A DNA stretch of 64,000 bases from Planctomycetota bacterium (GTDB lineage Bacteria; Planctomycetota; UBA1135; UBA2386): positions 12,780-76,779 of the forward strand of contig CANMWZ010000018.1 of the NCBI GenBank assembly GCA_947501605.1, read 5' to 3'. The first letter of the stretch is position 1. Each line of letters begins with the position of its first letter. Position numbers and translations under genes: made by a program. The notes beneath the pieces were generated by a model. It was not told the DNA's origin, searched no databases, and was given only the letters and a program-made list of their open reading frames with translations. This document shows positions 25,640-33,473 of the stretch, piece after piece.

Positions 25640-27400
25640 TCACAGACCGAGGATCCAGCGGACGCCGTTCGACACGCGGTAGCCGAAGGCATTTGCGGTC
25701 AGGTCATCGCTGATCGCCTGCGACATGAGCGTCACGCCGGCGAAGGCGGGGACGTTTGGGATCGGGATCGAGAACGTCGTGGTTGGCGCGCCAAGCGTCA
25801 GGTTGAAGTACGACAGCAGCTCTGGCAGCGCGATGTAGGCCGTGCAGCCAGTGAGGCCGAAGCCATCGAGCGGGAAGCCGCCGGGGAACTCGGTGCTGAT
25901 CAACAGGATGCAGAAGATGCCGTTCGGCAGGCTCTGGATGTTGGTCGCATCGAGCGTCATGGTCTGGCCGAGCTGCGGCAGGCCCGTCGGGGTCAGTTCG
26001 AGCGGAACCGAGATCAGGCCGCTGACCAGCTGGCCGCTGACCGCCGAAATGTCGGTGACACCCGGATCCCCCGTGTTGCTGCCGGCGGAGTAGCCGGAGA
26101 TCCACGTGTGACCTTGGTCGCTCACCGACTGCCAACGGATGGTGAACAGGCCGCTCGGGTTCAGCGCGATCTGGAAGGTCTCTAGCGGGCCTGCAAAGAA
26201 CTCGGGGACCTGATTCCAGGTGATGACGTACTCTCCAGTCGCGACGTCGAAATCGGCGAAGACGCCGCCGCCGGGGCCGGCGCCCGGAGGATAGATGTCC
26301 GCCCAGAAGCCCGAAATGCGCGGTGGCCCGGAGAGCATCGTCAAGACGTCGCCTGAGCAGCAGCCGCTGAACGGATCCGTAGCACCCAGCGTGAGGAAGC
26401 CGTTCGACGAGACGTAGATCTGGGTCTCGACCCCGCCGTTGTATGGGAACGGGAACGGCAACGTGATCTGGATCGTCTCGTCGTCGTTCATCAGGAGGTT
26501 GTTGGTGAACCCGGCGTACCACGTCGGGGCCACGTTCGGCAGGGCTAGGTAGTCGATAGCCCCCGAGGGCACGAAGCTCAGGTTGAGGCCGCTCAGGTCC
26601 GGCTGGTTGCCGAAGGTGTCGAAGATCTCGTAGAGCGACGGGCCGCTGCGACCAGGGCAGCCGCTACCGACGACCTCCGTCGAAGCGGGGCCGGGGAACG
26701 AGTTCGGCGTGCAGGTGAGGTCCGAGACTACGTAGCCTGGGGACGTCGGCGACCACAGCATCTTGAAGCCGAAGGGGATCGGCAGGCCGGGCGTTGTGCC
26801 GACGAAATCGCTGAACGAGTTCGAGGCGGTGACGACGGGCCGGGTCGCCAGCGAGATGGGATTCGAGACCGCGCCGAAGCCCGGGCTCGCGCCGATCAGG
26901 TAGTCCGTGCTGAACGCACCGATCTCGAGGGTCGGGCCGTAGGCGATGGTGACGCTGTTGCTGGCGTCGAGTGTGAGCTGGAAGCTGTTCGGCGTCGTGG
27001 TTGCGAATGCGAACACGCCAGCCCAAGAGATTCGGGCGACACCGGGCGTCGAGTTGTCGAAGTAGACGTGGCCGCTGCCGGTGGCACCTGGATTGAGGTC
27101 GGTCCAAAAGGCGCAGATGCGTGGATCACCGGCCAGCAGCTCCGCTTCGGTCGGGGTGTAATCGCCGCCGAACTGAGGGTTGACGCTGCCGAGCCAGATG
27201 TACCCATTCGAGCACACCTGAATGTCCGTGTAGGTGACGCCGTTGTAGGTGAAGTTGAAGCCGAGCGGCAACGGTGCCGACGTGTCGTCGTCGAAGAGAT
27301 TCAGGTCGGTGCCGATCGTGAGATCGAAGCACGGGCCCTGCGCAGGGAGCGTCGCGAAGAGAGTCGTCGCGATCGCGGCAGTCAGAATGCTGCGAAGCAT
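25640..27400 (-). CDS. Secreted two-module NIDO-like protein with the shared C-terminal domain, paralog 2 of 5
   Basis: Trimmed to ATG 27400 (MLRSILTAAIATTLFATLPAQGPCFD). Same architecture as paralog 1: DDDTSAPLPLGFNFTYNGVTYTDIQVCSNGYIWLG; ITLPFPFPYNGGVETQIYVSSNGFLTLGATDPFSGCC; tail ...RVSNGVRWILGL. Confidence 0.85.
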   Translation of the reverse strand: MLRSILTAAIATTLFATLPAQGPCFDLTIGTDLNLFDDDTSAPLPLGFNFTYNGVTYTDIQVCSNGYIWLGSVNPQFGGDYTPTEAELLAGDPRICAFWTDLNPGATGSGHVYFDNSTPGVARISWAGVFAFATTTPNSFQLTLDASNSVTIAYGPTLEIGAFSTDYLIGASPGFGAVSNPISLATRPVVTASNSFSDFVGTTPGLPIPFGFKMLWSPTSPGYVVSDLTCTPNSFPGPASTEVVGSGCPGRSGPSLYEIFDTFGNQPDLSGLNLSFVPSGAIDYLALPNVAPTWYAGFTNNLLMNDDETIQITLPFPFPYNGGVETQIYVSSNGFLTLGATDPFSGCCSGDVLTMLSGPPRISGFWADIYPPGAGPGGGVFADFDVATGEYVITWNQVPEFFAGPLETFQIALNPSGLFTIRWQSVSDQGHTWISGYSAGSNTGDPGVTDISAVSGQLVSGLISVPLELTPTGLPQLGQTMTLDATNIQSLPNGIFCILLISTEFPGGFPLDGFGLTGCTAYIALPELLSYFNLTLGAPTTTFSIPIPNVPAFAGVTLMSQAISDDLTANAFGYRVSNGVRWILGL

Positions 27401-27526
27401 GGGTTCCTTGAAAGATGGGGGGCGTTCACCTCTGCGACGTCGGGAGCCGTGCGCAGGTGCAGTCGATCCTAGAGATAATGGCACACTTAGCGATGAGGCC
27501 ACCGGCGGCAGTGTGTCGCCAAAATG

Positions 27527-27568
27527 CAAAACGCCCGGGGCACCGGCGAGCGGGCCACGGGCGTTTTG
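27527..27568 (-). terminator. Rho-independent-type terminator downstream of paralog 3
   Basis: The arms CAAAACGCCCG (27527-27537) and CGGGCGTTTTG (27558-27568) are exact reverse complements. On the minus strand the stem is followed by CATTTTGG (U-run). Confidence 0.65.
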
Positions 27569-27616
27569 CGGACGGGCGCGCGAGCCGCGTCCGTCACCGT
27601 CCTCAGAGCGCTTGGC

Positions 27617-29383
27617 TCAGAGGCCGAAGTTCCAGCGGAGACCGTTCGACACGCGGTAGCCGAAGGCGTTCGCGGTGAGGTCGTCGCTGACGGCCTGCGA
27701 CATCAGGCTGACGCCGTAGAAGGCGTTGTCGTTCGGGATGCTGATCGGCCACGACGTGGTCGCTGCGCCCAGCGTCAAGTTGAAGAACGACGCGATCTCT
27801 GGCAGCGCGACGTAGGCCGTGCAACCTGTGAGGCCGAAGCCGTCGAGCGGGAAGCCGCCCGGGACTTCGGTGCTGATCAGCAGGATGCAGAACACGCCGT
27901 TCGGCAGGGTCTGGACGCCGGTCGCATTGACCGTGAACGTGCCGCCGACTTGCGGGCGCGAGTTCAGGGCCGCCGCGATCGACAGCGGCGTGACCGTCGC
28001 CGGGATGTTGTTCGAGTAGTAGCCCAACGGCTGCGTCAGCACCAAGTAGTCGAGGCCGGTGTTGAACATCACGACTTCGAGGCCAGTCATGTCGATCGGC
28101 GACGCGTTGTTCGCGAACGTCTGGTACATCGTCGTGGCGTTGACGCCGGCGACGCCCGAGATGTCCGTGACACCCGGATCCGCAGCGCCGCCACCGACCG
28201 AGAAGCCGGTGAGCGCCACGCGCGTGGCGCTGACGATGCCGACGTTCAGGAAGCGCATCGTGACGGTGCCCGTCGGCGACAGCGCGATCTGGAAGTTGTT
28301 CGCCGGCTGCGGGGTGGCGCCGAACTCACCAGCGGAGACCCAGTTGATCACGTACTCGCCCGTGATCGCATCGACGTAGGCGTTGACTTCGCCGTTGCCG
28401 GTCGCCGACAGGTTGAGGTCCTGCCAGAAGGCCGCGAGGCGCGTCGGGCCCGTAAGCAGCGTGGCGGGGCTACCGGCGCAGCAGCCAGAGCCTGGGTTGG
28501 TCGTGCCGAGGGTCAGGAAGCCGTTCGACGAGACGACGATGTTGTTGAACGTGCCCGTCGGTGCCGGGAACGCGAACGGCAGGGTGAGTGCATGCGTGGT
28601 GTCGTCACCGGCGTTGAGGGCCGGGCTCACAAGGGCTGGGCAACCGACGCCGACGACTGCCGAGCTGGCCGGGGGCGGCAGCTGGTTCGGCGTGCAGGTG
28701 ACATCCGAGATCACGAAGCCGGGGTTGGTCGGGGTCCACAGCATCTTGAAGTTGCCGTAGGGGATCGGGACGCCGTTCACTGCCGGAATCGCTTCCGAGA
28801 ACGTGTTCGACGTCGAGATGATCGGGCGCGTGGCGAACGAGACCGGGTTGGCCACCGAGGCAGCACCGGGGCTGGCGCCGATGAGGACGGTCGTGTTCAG
28901 CGTGCCGGGAACGGCCGCGGCGCCGTAGGTGACCGTGACGCTGTTGCTGGCATCGAAGCTGACCTGGAAGTTGATGCCAGTCGTCGTGCCGAAGGCGAAC
29001 ACACCGGCCCAAGTGACCGTGGCGACGCCCGGCGTCGAGTTGTCGAACCAGACTTTGCCGCTGCCGACCGCGCCCGGGTTGAAGTCGCTCCAGAGCGGGC
29101 AGATGCGCGGCGCACCGGCGAGCAGTTCGGCCTCGGTCGGCGAGAAGTCACCGCCGGCGATGCCGGTCGTGCCGAGCCAGATGTAGCCGTTCGAGCACAC
29201 GCTTACCTGCGTGTAGGCGACACCGTTGTAGGTGAACGTGAAGCCGAGGTTCTGGGCCGCCGACGTGGAGTCGTCGATCAGCGCGAGATCGGTGCCGAGA
29301 GGGAGGCTGAAGCACGGGGCCTGGGCGCCGAGTGAGGCGGCGAGGGCCGTTGCAACGGCGGTCGTGAACAAACTACGAATCAT
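27617..29383 (-). CDS. Secreted two-module NIDO-like protein with the shared C-terminal domain, paralog 3 of 5
   Basis: Trimmed to ATG 29383 (MIRSLFTTAVATALAASLGAQAPCFS). It has IDDSTSAAQNLGFTFTYNGVAYTQVSVCSNGYIWLG; LTLPFAFPAPTGTFNNIVVSSNGFLTLGTTNPGSGCC; tail ...RVSNGLRWNFGL. The middle region is the most divergent of the five. Confidence 0.85.
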   Translation of the reverse strand: MIRSLFTTAVATALAASLGAQAPCFSLPLGTDLALIDDSTSAAQNLGFTFTYNGVAYTQVSVCSNGYIWLGTTGIAGGDFSPTEAELLAGAPRICPLWSDFNPGAVGSGKVWFDNSTPGVATVTWAGVFAFGTTTGINFQVSFDASNSVTVTYGAAAVPGTLNTTVLIGASPGAASVANPVSFATRPIISTSNTFSEAIPAVNGVPIPYGNFKMLWTPTNPGFVISDVTCTPNQLPPPASSAVVGVGCPALVSPALNAGDDTTHALTLPFAFPAPTGTFNNIVVSSNGFLTLGTTNPGSGCCAGSPATLLTGPTRLAAFWQDLNLSATGNGEVNAYVDAITGEYVINWVSAGEFGATPQPANNFQIALSPTGTVTMRFLNVGIVSATRVALTGFSVGGGAADPGVTDISGVAGVNATTMYQTFANNASPIDMTGLEVVMFNTGLDYLVLTQPLGYYSNNIPATVTPLSIAAALNSRPQVGGTFTVNATGVQTLPNGVFCILLISTEVPGGFPLDGFGLTGCTAYVALPEIASFFNLTLGAATTSWPISIPNDNAFYGVSLMSQAVSDDLTANAFGYRVSNGLRWNFGL

Positions 29384-29527
29384 GGTTTCCTCGATGTACA
29401 GGGGGCTGCATTGGCCGGAAACGGTGCATAGGGCTCCGGTTCTGGGGGCTTTGCTTGGATGAAGCCTACGCGCGAGAGGTTCCCTCACAATGGCCCGATG
29501 TAACTGCGGAGTCTCCCCGAAATGCGG

Positions 29528-29564
29528 AACGCCGGTAGTGCTGGCGACCAGCACTACCGGCGTT
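29528..29564 (-). terminator. Perfect 17-bp hairpin downstream of paralog 4
   Basis: AACGCCGGTAGTGCTGG-CGA-CCAGCACTACCGGCGTT. The arms are exact reverse complements. It lies 40 nt after the paralog 4 stop and upstream of the real paralog 3 start. Confidence 0.65.
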
Positions 29565-29603
29565 CAGGACGCAGGGCGCAGCAGGCGCGCCCGATCTGGC
29601 CGA

Positions 29604-31358
29604 TCAGAGGCCGCCGATGTTCCAGCGGAGGCCGTTCGACACGCGGTAGCCAAAGGCGTTGGCCGTCAGGTCGTCACTGATCGCCTGGGTCATGAGCGAC
29701 AGGCCCAGGAACGCATTGTCGTTCGGGATGCCGATCGTGAAGGTCGTGCTCGGGGCGCCGATCGTCAGGTTGAAGAACGACGCGATCTCTGGCAGCGCGA
29801 CGTAGGCCGTGCAGCCCGTGAGACCAAAGCCGTCGAGCGGGACGCCGCCCGGGATCTCGGTGCTGATCAGGAGGATGCAGAACACGCCGTTCGGCAGGCT
29901 CTGGATACCGCTGGCGGTGGAGCTGAAGGACAGACCGATGGTCGGGCGGGTGCCCGAGGCAAAGCCGAGCGACAGCGGAATGGTGCGGCAACCGAGGTTG
30001 ACGCCATTGAGTGCCGACACGTCACTGCTGCCGGGGTTCGTCGCACCGCCACCGCTGCTGTAGCCAGTGAGTTGGGTGCCGCCGGCGAATGCCAAGGCGA
30101 CCCAGCGGATCGTGAACTGGCCCGACGGGCTCAGGGCGATCTGGAAGGTCTCGGTGTTGGTTTGGCCGAACTCGCGGACCGCGTTCCATGTGATGCAGAA
30201 CTCACCCGTCACGGTGTCGAGGTCGGCAAAGACCGCACCGCCAGCGGCGGGGTTCAGGTCTTCCCACATGCCAGCGATGCGCGGCGAGCCGGCGAGCAGC
30301 GCCACGGGGTCACCCGCGCAGCAGCCCGAGCCCGGATCCGTGCCATCCAGCGTGATGAAGCCGTTCGACGAGACCCAGACGTTACTGACCGTGCCGCCGC
30401 CGTGCGGGAAGGCGAAGGGCAGCGCGACATTGCTCGTGCTGTCGTCGGTGAGCAACAGGTTGTTGGCGGCGCCAGTGAAGAACGTCGGCGAGATGCCGGG
30501 GACCACGAAGTAGCCGCCGCAGCCGTTCGGGACGAACGACTTGTCGAGGCCGGCGAGGTCGATCGAGGCCGGGACCGTGAACGTCTCGTAGACCGAGACG
30601 CTGGTCGCGGTCGGGCAACCGGTGCCGACGACCGCTGCGCTACCAGGAAGCGGCAGCGGGATCGCCGTGCACGCGACGTCGGTGATCACGAAGCCCGGGG
30701 ACGTCGGGGTCCACTGCATCTTCGTGTTGGCGTACGGCGCCACGGTGCCCGTGGGATTGAGGATGACCTGATAGGTCGTGTCCGAAGCGCTGATGATCGG
30801 ACGCGGCGTCAGCACGATGTTGTTGGCAACCGCGCCGCCACCCGTCGTGGCACCGATGATCGTCGTGCCGCCCTGGGCCGTCGACGACGGGCCGAGCTGA
30901 CCGATCGTGACCGTCACGCTATTGGTGAGGTCCAACGTGATCTGCATGTCGGTCTTGATCGTCGTGCCGAACGTGTAGACGCCGGCCCACGTGACGCGGG
31001 CGAAACCCGGGGTCGAGTTGTCGAAGTAGACGTGGCCGCTACCGACGATAGTGGGGTTGAAGTCCATCCACGCGCCGCAGATGCGCGGGCCCTGCGCCAG
31101 CAGTTCGGCTTCGGTCGGGTTCCAATCGGCAACGGCATTGGCCGCGCCAAGCCACACGTAGCCGTTCGAGCAGACGCGGACTTGCGTGTAGGCAACGCCG
31201 CCGTAGGTGAACGTGAAGCCGAGATTCAGAGCTGAAGACGTGGTGTCGTCACCCAGGTTGAGATCGGTGCCGGCCGGCAAGTCGAAGCACGGGGCCTGGG
31301 ACGTGAGACCAGCAGCAAAGGTTGCTGCAACAAACGTAGTGAGCAAGGTACGGAGCAT
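29604..31358 (-). CDS. Secreted two-module NIDO-like protein with the shared C-terminal domain, paralog 4 of 5
   Basis: Trimmed to ATG 31358 (MLRTLLTTFVAATFAAGLTSQAPCFD). It has LGDDTTSSALNLGFTFTYGGVAYTQVRVCSNGYVWLG; VALPFAFPHGGGTVSNVWVSSNGFITLDGTDPGSGCC; tail ...RVSNGLRWNIGGL. Confidence 0.85.
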   Translation of the reverse strand: MLRTLLTTFVAATFAAGLTSQAPCFDLPAGTDLNLGDDTTSSALNLGFTFTYGGVAYTQVRVCSNGYVWLGAANAVADWNPTEAELLAQGPRICGAWMDFNPTIVGSGHVYFDNSTPGFARVTWAGVYTFGTTIKTDMQITLDLTNSVTVTIGQLGPSSTAQGGTTIIGATTGGGAVANNIVLTPRPIISASDTTYQVILNPTGTVAPYANTKMQWTPTSPGFVITDVACTAIPLPLPGSAAVVGTGCPTATSVSVYETFTVPASIDLAGLDKSFVPNGCGGYFVVPGISPTFFTGAANNLLLTDDSTSNVALPFAFPHGGGTVSNVWVSSNGFITLDGTDPGSGCCAGDPVALLAGSPRIAGMWEDLNPAAGGAVFADLDTVTGEFCITWNAVREFGQTNTETFQIALSPSGQFTIRWVALAFAGGTQLTGYSSGGGATNPGSSDVSALNGVNLGCRTIPLSLGFASGTRPTIGLSFSSTASGIQSLPNGVFCILLISTEIPGGVPLDGFGLTGCTAYVALPEIASFFNLTIGAPSTTFTIGIPNDNAFLGLSLMTQAISDDLTANAFGYRVSNGLRWNIGGL

Positions 31359-31578
31359 GGGTTCCTCGATGTACGGGGGGTAGGCACGCGAGGCGCGCAC
31401 TCCGCCATGAGCCGGAGTGCGGGACTGCGAGCGCCGGAGGATACCAGCGGATCGCTGTCTCGCTAGTGGGGCCTCCCCATCCCCAGCCGAGGCAGAGGTT
31501 GCCCGCGAGGGACGCGGACTTGCGGCGCTACGGACCTGCTGCGAACTTCGTAGGGCTCAGATGCGCCGTAGCGAACCG

Positions 31579-33333
31579 TCAGAGGCCGAGGTTCCAGCGC
31601 AGGCCGTTGGAGACGCGGAAACCAAAAGCGTTGGCGCCGAGATCGTCACTCACCGCCTGTGACACCAGGGACACGCCGGCGAAGGCTGGGTTGGACGGGA
31701 TCGCAATCGAGTAGGCAGTCGTTGGCGCGCCAAGCGTCAGGTTGAAGTAGGACAGCAACTCCGGGAGGGCGACGTAGGCGGTGCAGCCGGTGAGGCCGAG
31801 CCCGTCGAGCGGGACACCGACCGGAACCTCGAGGCTGATCAAGAGGATGCAGAAGACGCCGTCTGGCAGCGGCTGGATGCCGCCAGCGTTGACGGTGAAG
31901 GTCGTGCCGATCGAGGGGCGCGAGTTGGCGGCAGCCGCGATCGTCAGCGGCGCCCGGACCGTGGCACTGATGGTGCGGCCATTGACGGCAGTCAGGTCCG
32001 TCGAGCCGGTGTCGGGAGTGCCGGTGCCGCGCGAGTAGCCAGCGAGGTAGCTGCCGCTCGTGCGCGCCACGTTTTGCCAGCGCGTTGTCATCATGCCGCT
32101 TGGGCTGAACGCGATTTGGAAGGTGTTGGGGCTGCTCGTGCCGTACTCGACCACCGCGTTCCAGGTGACCACAAAGTCACCGGACGTGGCGTCGAAGTCG
32201 GCGTAGACCGCGCCGCCGGCGGCGGGGTTCAGGTCTTCCCACCAGCCGCACAAGCGTGGCGAGCCCGCGAGCATCGTGGCGACGTTCGGCGTGCAGCAGC
32301 CACTGCCGGGACTGGCGCCGCCAATCGTCAAGAAGCCGTTCGATGACACGTAAATCGTCGACTCGCTGGAGCCGTTGAACGGCAGCGGGAAGGGCAGCGT
32401 GATCGGCACGGCCGCGTCGTCACCAAGGAACAGGTTGTTGCTGAAGCCCGCGAACCACGTCGGTGAGATGTTGGGGATCGCGATGTAGTCCGTGGCGCCG
32501 GCCGGCAGCAAGCTGAGGTTGAAGCCATTCAGGTCCGCGGCGTTCGTTGGCGTGAACAGCTCGTAGAGCGAAGGGCCGCTGCGGCCAGGGCAGCCGTCAC
32601 CGAGGATCTGCGAGCTCGCCGGCACCGGCAACGAGTTCTGTGTGCAACTGACATCAGTGATGACGAAGCCCGGGCTGGTCGGCGTCCACAACAGCTTGAC
32701 GTTGCCGTAGGGGATCGGAACGCCGCTCACCACCGCGAGGGCTTCATGGAACGTGTCCGAGGTCGAGATCATCGGTCGCGTGGCCAGCGAGACCGGGTTC
32801 GAGAGCGCGGCGGCACCAGGACTGGCGCCGATGACGATCGTCGTGTTCAGCGTGCCGGGGACGGCCGGGGCGCCATACGCGATCTGGATACTGTTGGTCT
32901 GATCGAACGTGACCTGGAAGCTCGCTGGCGTTGTGGAGCCGAACGGATAGACCCCAGCCCACGTCACGCGGGCGCTGCCTGGCGTGGCGTTGTCGAAGTA
33001 AATGTGGCCGCTGCCGGGCGCACTGGGATCAAAGTCGCTCCACATCGGGCAGATGCGCGGCGCGCCGGCGAGCAGCTCGGCGGCAGTCGGCGAGAAGTCA
33101 CCGCCGGCGATGCCGGTCGTGCCGAGCCAGATGTAGCCGTTCGAGCAGACACTGATCTGCGTGTAGACGACGCCGTTGTAGGTGAACGGGAAGCCGAGAC
33201 TCAGAGCGGGCGACGTCATGTCGTCGGTCAGAGCGAGGTCGGTGCCGAGCGCGAGATCGAAGCACGGGCTCTGGGCTGCGAGCGCGGCGGCGACGCCCAT
33301 GGCGAGCACAGAAGCGGCGATTTGACGGATCAT
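31579..33333 (-). CDS. Secreted two-module NIDO-like protein with the shared C-terminal domain, paralog 5 of 5
   Basis: This is the C-terminal 584 codons of the 1198-aa track ORF 31579..35175, starting at ATG 33333 (MIRQIAASVLAMGVAAALAAQSPCFD). It has LTDDMTSPALSLGFPFTYNGVVYTQISVCSNGYIWLG; ITLPFPLPFNGSSESTIYVSSNGFLTIGGASPGSGCC; tail ...RVSNGLRWNLGL. Confidence 0.85.
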   Translation of the reverse strand: MIRQIAASVLAMGVAAALAAQSPCFDLALGTDLALTDDMTSPALSLGFPFTYNGVVYTQISVCSNGYIWLGTTGIAGGDFSPTAAELLAGAPRICPMWSDFDPSAPGSGHIYFDNATPGSARVTWAGVYPFGSTTPASFQVTFDQTNSIQIAYGAPAVPGTLNTTIVIGASPGAAALSNPVSLATRPMISTSDTFHEALAVVSGVPIPYGNVKLLWTPTSPGFVITDVSCTQNSLPVPASSQILGDGCPGRSGPSLYELFTPTNAADLNGFNLSLLPAGATDYIAIPNISPTWFAGFSNNLFLGDDAAVPITLPFPLPFNGSSESTIYVSSNGFLTIGGASPGSGCCTPNVATMLAGSPRLCGWWEDLNPAAGGAVYADFDATSGDFVVTWNAVVEYGTSSPNTFQIAFSPSGMMTTRWQNVARTSGSYLAGYSRGTGTPDTGSTDLTAVNGRTISATVRAPLTIAAAANSRPSIGTTFTVNAGGIQPLPDGVFCILLISLEVPVGVPLDGLGLTGCTAYVALPELLSYFNLTLGAPTTAYSIAIPSNPAFAGVSLVSQAVSDDLGANAFGFRVSNGLRWNLGL

Positions 33334-33473
33334 TGGATAGGTGGGTTCGTGGTCACGCCTGCCCGCTGCCGGATGCAGGTCGGAAATGGCGACGAAGCGA
33401 CTCGCCAATGGAAGGCTACTCTGGGGCGCACCGGCGGGCGGGCGCGGGCTCCGCGCCGGTTCCTTCGTGGGAC

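Noticed and set aside
24321-31235. Long plus-strand ORFs across the paralog array (24321-25682, 27524-29335, 29490-31235), plus recurring ~83-aa ORFs starting MQPVRPKPSSG...
   Set aside because: All are antisense to the NIDO-like genes and are Arg/Asp/Gly/Val-rich with no domain-like features. The recurring small ORFs are just the antisense image of the conserved C-terminal-domain block.
31526-31573. Possible terminator hairpin downstream of paralog 5 (CGCTACGG ... CCGTAGCG)
   Set aside because: It has only an 8-bp stem enclosing a 32-nt loop with no convincing inner pairing or U-tract. It is much weaker than the hairpins after paralogs 2-4, so it is not listed as a feature.
25446-33473. ECF-sigma-like GGAAC(-35) / CGTC(-10) motifs upstream of some paralogs (for example GGAAC-N17-CGTC upstream of paralog 1)
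   Set aside because: GGAAC is present in only three of the five upstream regions, with poor -10 matches in two. The word also occurs as part of the GAGGAACC ribosome-binding context. This is too weak to call.
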